Shown: positions 1 through 9,571 of the stretch, piece by piece
How positions within the stretch are numbered: the first letter of the stretch is position 1
Layout of the letters: the number at the start of each line of letters is the position of its first letter
From: an uncultured delta proteobacterium
GTDB lineage: Bacteria > Myxococcota_A > UBA9160 > SMWR01
Length of the DNA stretch: 64,000 nt
Assembly (NCBI GenBank): GCA_963832165.1
Contig: CAWHTE010000001.1
Location: 32,001 to 96,000, forward strand
Reading direction: 5' to 3'
Program-made: the position numbers and the translations under genes
Notes under the pieces: generated by a model
Told to the model about the DNA's origin: nothing
Databases searched by the model: none
What the model saw: only the letters and a program-made list of their open reading frames with translations

Positions 1-4
1 CTGC

Positions 5-964
5 TTGCGCGCGGAGGCGCTCGCCGCGCTGCGCGACACGAACCCCGCGCGCGTGGTGTTCTCGGTGCGGCCCGAGTTCGCCGACGAGCAGCCGGACATC
101 GGCTACGAGCACCGCTACGACCGCGCCTACTGGGTCTCGGAGATCGCGGTGCGCTCCGGCAGCGACGAGGGAAACGTCACGGCCACGAGCCACGCGCGGC
201 CCGGGCGCGTGCGCTCGGCCACGGCGATCCTCGCGGCGCGCCAGAACATCAGCGAGGGGCGCGACGAATGCGGACCGAACCCCTCCGTGCAGACGCTCGA
301 CGTCTGGACCGAGCGCGGAATCGCGCTCGCACCCGCGGAGCCCGCGCCGCTGCTCGAGCAGCGCGTCGCGACCGCGCTCACCGCGATCGACGCGGTCGCG
401 CTCGATCTCGTGCGCGCCGGGATCGTGCCCGCGGGCGGCTCGCCGGGCGATTGGGACGGCGACGGCGTGGGCGATGCGGTCGACAACTGCCGCTACTGGC
501 CGAATCCGGGCCAGGGGGATGCGGGCGGTTTCGCGGGCGCGGGGCCGGACGGGATCGGCGACGCGTGTCAGTGCGGCGACGTCTCGGACAACGGGCGCGT
601 GAACGGGCAGGATGCGCACGCGGTGACGCGCCACGGCCTCGGCGTGACCCCGAACGCCGCGTTCCGCGTGCTCGAGAAGTGCGACGTGACCGGCAACGGC
701 CTGTGTAACGGTCAGGATGCGGGGGCGATTCGGGCGGCGCTGATCGGCGCGCCGAGCGCCTATCACGCCACCGCGTGCCCCGCGTTCACGGGCGAGCGAT
801 TCGTGGACGTGAGCACGGACGGCCCGAGTCAGGTCACCCTGTCCGGGCTCGTTCCGGGTACACTGGGCCGCCTCGACGCGGCGCCCGCGGGCGCCGCAGG
901 CAGCGACGGCAGGCTCACGATCGCAGTTCCGACCGGACAGCACCGGATCGGAATCCGGCCGTGA
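5..964 (+). CDS. C-terminal part of a secreted protein (5'-truncated by the window) with a TSP3-like Ca-binding motif and duplicated dockerin-like repeats
   Basis: Open from the window edge. Contains DWDGDGVGDAVDNC...DGIGDACQC, then GDVSDNGRVNGQDAHAVTRHGLG and CDVTGNGLCNGQDAGAIRAALIG. Confidence 0.75.
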   Translation: MRAEALAALRDTNPARVVFSVRPEFADEQPDIGYEHRYDRAYWVSEIAVRSGSDEGNVTATSHARPGRVRSATAILAARQNISEGRDECGPNPSVQTLDVWTERGIALAPAEPAPLLEQRVATALTAIDAVALDLVRAGIVPAGGSPGDWDGDGVGDAVDNCRYWPNPGQGDAGGFAGAGPDGIGDACQCGDVSDNGRVNGQDAHAVTRHGLGVTPNAAFRVLEKCDVTGNGLCNGQDAGAIRAALIGAPSAYHATACPAFTGERFVDVSTDGPSQVTLSGLVPGTLGRLDAAPAGAAGSDGRLTIAVPTGQHRIGIRP

Positions 965-984
965 ATCGGAGAAGGAAGAAGGCG

Positions 985-1551
985 ATGAAGCAGCAGATCC
1001 TGCTCGTGAGCACGGCGATGCTCGGCGCGGCGATAGGCGCCTCCGCGGGCACGCTCGATTTCTGGGAGAGCTCGCTCGGCGCAAAGGACGTCACGGCGAG
1101 TTTCCCGACGGGCGCCGCACAGCAGGCCAACGTCGATTTCGACGCGGACTCCGCCGAGGGCGGCGGAATGTTGCTCGGCGCCTCGGAAGTCGAGATCCGT
1201 CCGACGGGGTCGGTGTCGTTCACGAGCTTCAACTGCGAGCTCCAGTCCTGCAACAACGACGACTACGTGTTCGTCGCGGGCACGGCGGGTCAGGGCGGAC
1301 TCGTGCGCGTGAGCGATCCCGACGTCGACGAGAAGCACGGGATCTACGACCTCGGCACGATCACGTTCGACGCGCCGCAAGAGCCCGGCTCCCTGCCGCT
1401 CGTCACCTGCAACTACACGGGACTCGACGGACAGGAGCACACGTGCAGCCCGTTCGTGCTCGTGACGCTGCCGGAGCCGAGTGGTTCTGCTGCGCTCGTC
1501 GCGGGCGCCGCGCTGATGTTCGGCGCACTCCGACGGCGCCGCGCGCGCTGA
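985..1551 (+). CDS. Small secreted PEP-CTERM protein (paralog A), possibly cohesin-like
   Basis: ATG at 985 after a purine-rich tract; signal peptide MKQQILLVSTAMLGAAIGASA; C-terminal LPEP, hydrophobic helix and RRRRAR. Confidence 0.85.
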   Translation: MKQQILLVSTAMLGAAIGASAGTLDFWESSLGAKDVTASFPTGAAQQANVDFDADSAEGGGMLLGASEVEIRPTGSVSFTSFNCELQSCNNDDYVFVAGTAGQGGLVRVSDPDVDEKHGIYDLGTITFDAPQEPGSLPLVTCNYTGLDGQEHTCSPFVLVTLPEPSGSAALVAGAALMFGALRRRRAR

Positions 1552-1616
1552 AACGAGCGTTTCACGATCATCATTCGCCTAGCGAACTTGAATTGCGCGC
1601 GCGCGCAGGAAATCAG

Positions 1617-1645
1617 TTGAAAGCCCGCACGCGCAAAGGTTAAAT
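1617..1645 (+). promoter_or_regulatory. Possible sigma70-like promoter for PEP-CTERM paralog B
   Basis: TTGAAA-N17-TTAAAT in an AT-enriched intergenic region; weak -10 match. Confidence 0.25.
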
Positions 1646-1688
1646 AGCGCGTCGACCTGCGCCTCCTTGGGAAGGGAAGGATCTGCCG

Positions 1689-2255
1689 ATGCGCTCCAAG
1701 CTCGTCCGTGCTGTCACTGCGTTGCTGTTCGTGTTACTCGCCGCGCCCGCGTGGGCGGGCACGCTTCAGTACTTCGAAGCTTCGTTCGGGAGCCCCGGCG
1801 TCACCGCGGTGTTCGGAACCGGCGGAAGCGGACTCCTGGCCGACATCGACTACAACGCGAGCTCGGCCGAGGGAGGCAGCGTGCTGTACGGCGCGAGCGA
1901 GATCACGATCGTGCCGCTCGGCGATGCCGTGCTCAACGCGTTCCAGTGTCAGCTCGCGGCGGGGTGCATCGACGACGAGGACTACACGTTCACGCCGGGC
2001 GGCGCGGGCGTGGGCCAGATCTTCGTGATCGACCCGGATACCGATCCGCAGACCGGTCTGCTCGAGCTCGGCGACATCAACTGGGACAGCTTCGGCTCCG
2101 GCAGCCTGTATCTCGAGAGCTGCAACTACACCGACGCAAGCGCGACGGAGCGCACCTGCACCCCGTTCACGCTGGCCACGACGGTTCCCGAGCCCGGGAC
2201 GGGGGCGCTGCTGGCGTTCGCGCTCGCTGCGCTCGCCGCCGCGCGACGCCGATAG
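1689..2255 (+). CDS. Small secreted PEP-CTERM protein (paralog B), possibly cohesin-like
   Basis: Signal peptide ending APAWA; C-terminal VPEPGTGALLAFALAALAAARRR. Clearly homologous to 985-1551 (SAEGG, GASE, DY-F, DPD, CNYT, TC-PF; 4 shared Cys). Confidence 0.9.
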   Translation: MRSKLVRAVTALLFVLLAAPAWAGTLQYFEASFGSPGVTAVFGTGGSGLLADIDYNASSAEGGSVLYGASEITIVPLGDAVLNAFQCQLAAGCIDDEDYTFTPGGAGVGQIFVIDPDTDPQTGLLELGDINWDSFGSGSLYLESCNYTDASATERTCTPFTLATTVPEPGTGALLAFALAALAAARRR

Positions 2256-2271
2256 CCGCGAGGGCGTTCGA

Positions 2272-3456
2272 CTAGGCGCCGCCGTACTGCGCGAGAAGCC
2301 GCGCGCGGGCGCGCGGCTGGATGTTCGCGCGCGTGAGGTCGCCGCCGTAGTGCGCGGCCACGCGCGGATCCATCACGCGGCGCCACAGCGGCGGCAGGTA
2401 CGCGAGCAGGATCATCCCCGCGTAGCCCGAGGGCAGCTCGGGCAGGCCGTCGAAGTGGCGCAGCGCCTGGTAGCGCCGCGTGGGGTTCGCGTGGTGATCC
2501 GAGTGACGCTGGAGGTGGTACAGGAACAGGTTCGACGCGGTGTTGTTCGAGTTCCAGCTGTGCTCGGGCCGGCAGCGCTCGAGGCGCCCGTCGGCGCTCT
2601 GCTGGCGCAGGAGTCCGTAGTGCTCGATGTAGTTCACCACCTCGAGCAGCGAGAAGCCGATCACCGCCTGCACGACGAGCCACGGCACGATGCCGACGCC
2701 GAACCAGGCGATCAGCCCGCCGAATAGCGCGACGCTCATCGCCCACGCGTTCAGCAGATCGTTGTGGACGCTGAAGAACGGCTTGCCCACGCGCGCGAGC
2801 CGCTCGCGCTCGAGCACGATCGCCGAGCGCAGGCTGCCGATCACCGTGCGCGGCAGGAACTCCCAGAAGGTCTCGCCCATGCGCGCGCTCGCGGGGTCGT
2901 CGAACGTGGCGACGCGCACGTGGTGGCCGCGGTTGTGCTCGACGAAGAAGTGCCCGTAGGCGGTCTGCGCGAGGGCGACCTTCGAGAGCCACTTCTCGTG
3001 CGTGCTGCGCTTGTGGCCGAGCTCGTGGGCGGTGTTGATCGAGATCCCGGCCACCATCGCCACCGTGAGCGCGAGGCCGAGCTTCTCGGCGAACGCGAGA
3101 TCGCCGTGCGTCCACATCCAGCACGCGAACACGAGCGATGCGAACTGGAGCGGCAGGAACAGGTACACGCACCAGCGGTAGTACGGATCGGCGTCGAGGC
3201 GGCTCACCGCAGACTCGGGCGGATTCGATGCGTCCTTGCCGATCAGGTGGTCGATGATCGGTACGAGTCCGAACGAGGCGAGCGGCCCGAGCCACCACAT
3301 GAAGGTCTGGCCCGTCGCCCACACGTGGGCCCCCGCGATGAACGGCAGCAGCGGCACCTGGAGGCCGAGCAGCCAGTAGAAGCGCTTGGGGTCGCGCCAG
3401 ATCCTCGTGTGCTTGGGCAGGGCTGCAGTGCTCGCGCTCATCGATCGGGTCTCCAT
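2272..3456 (-). CDS. alkB: Alkane 1-monooxygenase (membrane di-iron)
   Basis: His boxes HELGHK, EHNRGHH and LQRHSDHHA, plus the NYIEHYGL motif. Confidence 0.95.
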   Translation of the reverse strand: METRSMSASTAALPKHTRIWRDPKRFYWLLGLQVPLLPFIAGAHVWATGQTFMWWLGPLASFGLVPIIDHLIGKDASNPPESAVSRLDADPYYRWCVYLFLPLQFASLVFACWMWTHGDLAFAEKLGLALTVAMVAGISINTAHELGHKRSTHEKWLSKVALAQTAYGHFFVEHNRGHHVRVATFDDPASARMGETFWEFLPRTVIGSLRSAIVLERERLARVGKPFFSVHNDLLNAWAMSVALFGGLIAWFGVGIVPWLVVQAVIGFSLLEVVNYIEHYGLLRQQSADGRLERCRPEHSWNSNNTASNLFLYHLQRHSDHHANPTRRYQALRHFDGLPELPSGYAGMILLAYLPPLWRRVMDPRVAAHYGGDLTRANIQPRARARLLAQYGGA

Positions 3457-3507
3457 TCCTGCGGGCGTCGTCGACCCGGGAGATTTCCACGTCTGCGCGT
3501 TGGAAGC

Positions 3508-3546
3508 TACACCAGTGTAAGTAGATAGTTAGCTAGACGAACTAAC
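3508..3546. promoter_or_regulatory. Two inverted repeats (candidate operators) in the divergent alkB / fusion-gene promoter region
   Basis: TACAC-CA-GTGTA (3508-3519) and GTTAG-N9-CTAAC (3528-3546) in an AT-rich patch. Confidence 0.4.
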
Positions 3547-3656
3547 AGGATTTGGACAGCCTGTTCGCGCGAGTTCGAAAGAGATTGATTCGCCACGGCT
3601 CCACAGGATCTAATGTTCCGTTTTCGGTCCCGGGAGCCCCTGGGCGAGGCATAGAG

Positions 3657-6600
3657 ATGAGCAAGCTCCTGTTAGCCTGGGTCGCGCTGCTGGCCACGCT
3701 CGCGCCGTCCGCCGCACCGGCTGCCGTTCCGAACCCGACCGTCACGGGCCCGATCCCGAATAGCCAGGGTGTGCACGGCCACCCGCTCTGGGACAGCTGG
3801 TTCGAGGTCGGCTCGCTCGGCTACACCGAGGGCGAGTACTTCATCGAGGGCGTCGCGCGTCAGCCCGGCTCGGCCGACACCGCGCCCTACCGCACGCGCA
3901 TCATCGTCACGCGACCGGCCGATCCCGCGAAGTTCAACGGCACTGTGCTGATGGACTGGGTGAACGTGACCGCGCAGTTCGAGAACGCGGTCGACACGCA
4001 GGAGTCGCACGATTACCTGCTGCGCGAGGGCTATGCGTTCGTGCACGTGAGCGCGCAGAAGGCCGGGATCTGCTGCACGCCGCTCACGCCGAAGGTGTGG
4101 GATCCGGTGCGCTACGGCATTCCGGACGCGTCGGACCCGCTGCCGATCCCGCTTCCCCCCACCCCGAACTCCGTACCCGGCCTGCACCACCCCGGCGACG
4201 CGTATGCGCTCGACATCTTCGCGCAGGTCGCGCAGGCGCTGAAGTCGCCGAGCGGCGTCGACCCGATGGGCGGGCTCGACGTGCAGCACATCGTCGCGGC
4301 GGGCCAGTCGCAGTCGGCCGGGAAGCTCGACGACTATCTCCACCAGTGGCAGGACGGCGCAGGCGAGCGCGTGATCGACGCGTTCCTGATCCACGGCCGC
4401 GTCGCGAATCGCGCCGAGCAGATCTCCGCGCGCGCGGACGAGGCCGCCTCGCGCGTGCTCCAGCTCAACAGCGATTTCGAGGCGTACGCGAACGCTCCGG
4501 GCGCCAATCCGTACTACACGCAGTGGGATGTCGCGGGCGCCGCGCACTCGAGCTTCTGGATCGGCGTGCACTCGGAGCTGGGCGGGGGGCCGCGCTTCGC
4601 GGACTCCCCTCAGCTGCCCGCGACCGCCGACGGCGATCTCCACGCCGGCAACGCGCCCTACCTCACGTTCGACACCTGGAACTACGGAGAGCAGATCAGC
4701 CCGGGCCAGCCGATCTGCATCCTGCAGGGCAACCAGTTCCCGATGCACTACGCGGTGAACGCGGCCCTCGACGCGATTCGGCGCTGGCTCGTCGACGGCG
4801 TGCAGCCGCCCTCGGGACCCCGATTCCAGGTGGACGGCGGCTCGCTCGCGCGCGACTCCTACGGCAACGCGCTCGGCGGCATCCGCCTCGCGCCGATCGA
4901 GCATCCCGTGGCGAGCTACCGCTCGGCCGATTGCGCGCTCGGCGGCACCACGGTGCCGTTCACCGAGCTGCAGCTGCTGCAGCTCTATCCCACGCACGCC
5001 GACTACGCGTGCCAGATGCGCGAGACGACCTATCAGAACGTGAAGGACGGATTCCTGCTCGAGGAAGACGCGCTCTCGCTGCTCTCGCGCGTCGACGGCG
5101 CGGTGAACCGCTGGCCGCTCGACGCGGGCGTGGCCGATTGCGACGACGACGCGATTCCCGACGCGCAGGACAACTGCCCGCTCGTCGCCAACACCGATCA
5201 AGCCGATCGCGGCGGCGTGAACACGCAGACGGCCGACGGGGTCGGCGACGCGTGCCAGTGCGGCGACGTGACGGGCAACGGCGTCGTGAACGGCCAGGAC
5301 GCCAACGCGATCAAGCGACACGGCCTCGGCGCGACGCCAAATCCGACCTTCCGCGAGCCCGGCAACTGCGACGCGACGGGCAACGGCAGGTGCAACGGTC
5401 AGGACGCGAACGCGCTGCGCGCCGTATTGATCGGACGCCCGCTGCCGATGTTCGGCCAGAACTGCCAGAACGCCGACCCGTACGCGCCCACCTGTACGGA
5501 CTGCGGCGAAGCCGACGGCAGCACGACCTGGCGGATCGAGGACGGGCCCAACGAGAAGGACCTGGCGCTCTACGCGTTCTTCTCGGCGACGTCCGGTGAC
5601 ACGATCGAGTTCGGGGAGGGCGCGTTCGAGTTCGACACGACGCTCGTGATGGCGGGCAACTCGGGCTCGCCCAAGGATGGCGTGACCATCCGAGGCCAGG
5701 GCCCGCGCAAGACGATTCTCGACTTCCTGGGCAGCCGCACGCCCGAGGGCCTCTCGTTCTCGCACATGGAAGGCCTCACGGTCGAGAACCTCACCGTGAT
5801 CGACACGCCGGGCTTCTCGCTCAAGGTCAGCGACTCCAACCACGTCGTGATCCGCAACGTGCGGACGATGTGGTCGAGCGCCGACAGCAATCCGCTCGAC
5901 GCGATCGACGATCGCGGCGGCATGGACCCGAAGAAGCCGTCCACGCTCGACGTGAGCTGCGTACACGAGCTGTCCTTCCCCGTGAGCACGGGCAAGTACG
6001 TGGACGCGAGCGGTCTGCCGCGCCTGTACCAGACCGATGCGGGCAACGGCGGCTACGCGATCTATCCCGTGCTCTCGAACGACGTGCTGATCGACCACGC
6101 GGTCGCGCTGGGCGCCTCCGACGCGGGCATCTACGTCGGCCAGTCGAACGACGTGATCGTGAAGAACAGCGAGGCGCTGTTCAACGTGGCGGGCTTCGAG
6201 ATCGAGAACACCGACGACGCCGACGTGTTCGACAACGTCGCGCACTGCAACACGGGCGGCTTCCTGACGTTCGACCTGCCGGGCCTGAACCAGTACGGCG
6301 AAGAGACCCGCACGTTCCGCAACTACGCCGGCTACAACAACACGGTGAACTTCGCGCCGGGTGGGGTCGTCTCCGACGTGCCGCAGGGCGTCGGCATGCT
6401 CCAGCTCGGCTACGACGAGCACGAGATCTTCCAGAACACGATCGAGTGGAACCGCACCGTGGGGCTCGTGTTCGTGGGCCACCCGCTGCTCGACGGCAAC
6501 ACCGACAACCCCGACAAGCGCATGGACCTCTATCCCGACGCCGTGCACGTGCACCACAACACGTTCACGACCAACGGCACGCTGCCGCAGCCGCCGGAGC

Positions 6601-8388
6601 TCGGCGTGATCACGTGCCAGGAGGGCACGGGACCCGGCTTCGATTCGATTCCGCCCTGCATTCCGACCGGCATCAACGACGCGCACGCCTCGCTCTTGCC
6701 CGCGCTGATCCAGATCAAGGGCGTGCTCGCGCTGCAGAACGGCGACACGTACGGCCCGACCGGCGCGCACATCACCTGGGACGGGGGGTACGAAGCCGAG
6801 CCCAACGACTGTCCCGCGAATCTCGTGCTCGACGACGATCCCGACCCGGACCCCGAGTTCGAGGCGATCCTCGACGACAACGGCAAGCCGCAGTACACGG
6901 GCGCGCACGATCCGCTCTGCCGCTACAACGCGTACAAGTTCACCGCGGGCGGCGAGCGCAAGGCTCCCGCAGTACTGGAGCTGCATCGACCCGGGCACCA
7001 ACGCGTTCAGCCCGGACAGCCGCCCCTACATGAACTTCGAGAACACCGATCCCACGGATCCGCCGCTGACCGACATCGCGGCGCACGACTGCACCGCGCG
7101 CTTCGGCACCAACCTCGCATCCCTCGACGAGGCGGTGGTCGAGCCGTTCGTGCCCGGCGCACCGGGGCCGCCGCCGCCGTCGCCCGAGCAGATCGCCGCG
7201 ATCTGCGCCGACTACAGCGGGAACCAGATCAACCGCGAAGCGCTCCAGTTCAACTGCCAGAAGCTCTCGGACTACAACCTGTTCGCGGATCCCACCGATC
7301 CGCGCACGGACGCGAACGAGGGCGGCACGCGCTTCGAGCTGACCACGCAGCTGTTCTCGGATTACGCGCACAAGTACCGCTTCGCGTTCCTGCCGCCGGG
7401 CCAGTCGGCGACCTGGCACGAGGGCAGCGCGGCCGCGCCGAACGCGACGCTGGGCTTCCCGGTGGGCACCGTGATCGCGAAGACGTTCGCGTTCCCGAAC
7501 GGTGCGAACGAAGAGGTCGTCGAGACGCGCCTGTTGATCCACCGCGAGAAGAGCGGCGGTGGATCGTACTGGGAGGGGATGGCGTTCATCTGGGACAAGG
7601 ACGGGAACGGAAACCGCACCGACGCGCATCTCGCGATCGCGGGCGGCACCGCGTCGGTGAGCTGGAACTACGAGGACCCGGACCCCGACGTGTCGGCGAC
7701 CTACGTCGGCAGCACGAGCCAATACCTGATCCCGCACGCGGAGCAGTGCGGCAGCTGCCACGTGAACGACGACAAGGACCCGGGCGACTCGCCGATCGGC
7801 GCCAAGGTGCGGCTGCTCAACCGGCCCGTGGACTACGGCAGCGGGCCCGAGAATCAGCTCCAGCACTGGGTCGACGCGGGCATGCTCAGCGGAGCGCCTG
7901 CGCTCGCGGTGGACGCGAGCGAGATCGCCACCAACGTGCAGCGCCTGCCGCGCTTCGACGTGCCCGGCGACCCCGCGAACATCCCGACCTCCGAGCCCGC
8001 GCGGCTCGCGCAGATGACGCCCACGGAGATCGATCACGAGCTGCGCGTGCGCAGCTGGATCGAGACCAACTGCGCGCACTGCCACAACCGCGACGGCCTC
8101 GCGCAGAGCACGGGCGTGTTCTTCGACGTGTTCCGGCGCGTGAACCTGAACTACGGAATCTGCAAGACGCCGACCACGGCCGGTAGCTCGTCGGGCGGCC
8201 GCAACTTCGACATCGTGCCCACGCACGCGGACGATTCGATCGTCTCGTTCCGCGTTCACTCGACCGATGCGAGCGCGCAGATGCCCCCGATCGCGCGCAG
8301 CGTGACGCACAACGAGGCCGTGGCGATCCTCGACGCCTGGATCGACGACGTCGTCGACGGGCGCTACGAGGGGTCGGGCTGCGAGTGA
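3657..8388 (+). CDS. Large secreted multidomain protein: alpha/beta-hydrolase domain, TSP3/dockerin-like module, parallel beta-helix and SO2930-like diheme c-type cytochrome (one frameshift near 6965-6970)
   Basis: Signal peptide MSKLLLAWVALL; GQSQSA nucleophile elbow; GDVTGNGVVNGQDANAIKRHGLG; GASDAGIYVGQS/NVAGFEIEN beta-helix signature. After a frame switch (QYWSCIDPGTNAFSPDSRPYMNFEN) come LFSDYAHKYRF, FPVGTVIAKTF, CGSCH, CAHCH and QMPPIARS. Confidence 0.8.
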
Positions 8389-8394
8389 TCGGTC

Positions 8395-8469
8395 TGGCGG
8401 ATTACGCCCTTCGGGCTAATCCGCCCTACGTAGGGCGGATTAGCGAAGCGAAGCGAGCGTAATCCGCCA
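8395..8469. repeat. GTAG-type REP doublet joined foot-to-foot (CTAC|GTAG)
   Basis: GGCGGATTACGCCCTTCGGGCTAATCCGCCCTAC-GTAGGGCGGATTAGCG...TAATCCGCC between convergent genes; near-identical inverted copy at 47812-47883. Confidence 0.85.
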
Positions 8470-8475
8470 TTCAGG

Positions 8476-9552
8476 TCAGGCCTGGATGCCGCAATCGCGC
8501 AGTGCGCCGATCGCGTCGAGGTCCTCGACGGCGGCCTCGGCGCGCGCGAGGAATGCCTCCGAGAAGATCCGGCGTCCCTCGGAGATCTTCTCCGGAAACG
8601 CGGTGATCTGACACGACGCCACCACGGTGTAGGCCGCGTGCAGGCGGTGCGTTCGCCACGCCTCGTCGAAGCTCGCCGCCCACGCCTGGCCGCGCGCCTC
8701 ACAGACGTCGAGGTAGTGCCGGAGCAGGTCGCGCTCGTGCGCGCGGCGATCTTCGATCGAGAGCGCCATCGCGAGGAAGTAGGAGACGTCGCGCAAGGGA
8801 TGACCGATGCTCACGATCCCCCAATCGAGGAAGCCGATCCGCCCGCCGTCGTCGAAGATGTTGCCGATGTGCGGGTCGCCGTGGATCACGGTGACGGGGC
8901 CCTGCTCCCAGAGCCGGTGGATCGCATCGGCGCGCGCGATGTAGAGCGCCGCGACGTCGGCGAACGCATCGCTGAGCCGATGGCGGTGGTTGCGCAGGCT
9001 GTGGCTCAGCATCGCGATGCCGTAGCTCGGGTCGTAGGGCGGGGGAGGTACCCACGCCGCCTCGACCTTTCTGCGCGTGCGGTCGGCGTACTGCAGGTGC
9101 AGATCGGCGAGGTCCTCGAGCGCCACTGCCGCGGCGTCGGCGCCGACGCTCTTCGTCCCGTCGGAGATCTCACAGCCGCTGTGCCGCAGCTCCTCGAGCA
9201 GCAGCACGAACGAGCCGTCGCTCTCGTCGTGGCGCGCGACGTAGGCCGCGGGCACGCGCATCGCGACGTGCGGTGCTAACTGGTCGTAGAACCGCGCCTC
9301 GCGCACGCCCATTCCCGTGAGCGCGATCGCGCGTCGTCGCACCGGCACAGTCGGCAGCATCTTGCAGAACATCCACTCGGGAAGGCCCGCAGGCGGGTCG
9401 TACCGGAGGCGCAGCCGCGCGTGCGCGTTGGTGACCTCGTGGCGCTCGGCGACCTCGACCTCCACCACGCACACCCCGGGATGGCGTTCGGAGAGGGCCT
9501 GCGTGAGCCAGGCCGGATGGAGCGCTTCGGGTGAACCGGGGATCCGGCCCAT
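8476..9552 (-). CDS. Phosphotransferase (APH/ecdysteroid-kinase-like family)
   Basis: REARFY, LLLEEL, HGDPHIGN, FLDWG and DVSYFL motifs. Confidence 0.85.
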   Translation of the reverse strand: MGRIPGSPEALHPAWLTQALSERHPGVCVVEVEVAERHEVTNAHARLRLRYDPPAGLPEWMFCKMLPTVPVRRRAIALTGMGVREARFYDQLAPHVAMRVPAAYVARHDESDGSFVLLLEELRHSGCEISDGTKSVGADAAAVALEDLADLHLQYADRTRRKVEAAWVPPPPYDPSYGIAMLSHSLRNHRHRLSDAFADVAALYIARADAIHRLWEQGPVTVIHGDPHIGNIFDDGGRIGFLDWGIVSIGHPLRDVSYFLAMALSIEDRRAHERDLLRHYLDVCEARGQAWAASFDEAWRTHRLHAAYTVVASCQITAFPEKISEGRRIFSEAFLARAEAAVEDLDAIGALRDCGIQA

Positions 9553-9571
9553 CGCGATATGCTAACGCGCG
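9553..9571. promoter_or_regulatory. Compact bidirectional promoter with overlapping -10 boxes (candidate leaderless starts)
   Basis: Only 19 bp between divergent ATGs. TATGCT (+, 9558-9563) lies 8 nt before ATG 9572; TAGCAT (-, 9564-9559) lies 6 nt before ATG 9552; no Shine-Dalgarno. Confidence 0.5.

Noticed and set aside
6960..6975. Programmed ribosomal frameshift
   Set aside because: No slippery heptamer is visible, and many similar indels occur elsewhere in the window.
3672..7001. Long antisense and alternate-frame Arg/Ala-rich ORFs here and throughout the window
   Set aside because: Shadow ORFs expected at high GC; no motifs, and they overlap well-supported genes.
8395..8469. Repeats as a CRISPR array or intrinsic terminator
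   Set aside because: No repeat-spacer periodicity, no cas genes and no U-tract; the dispersed GTAG-footed palindromes fit REPs.
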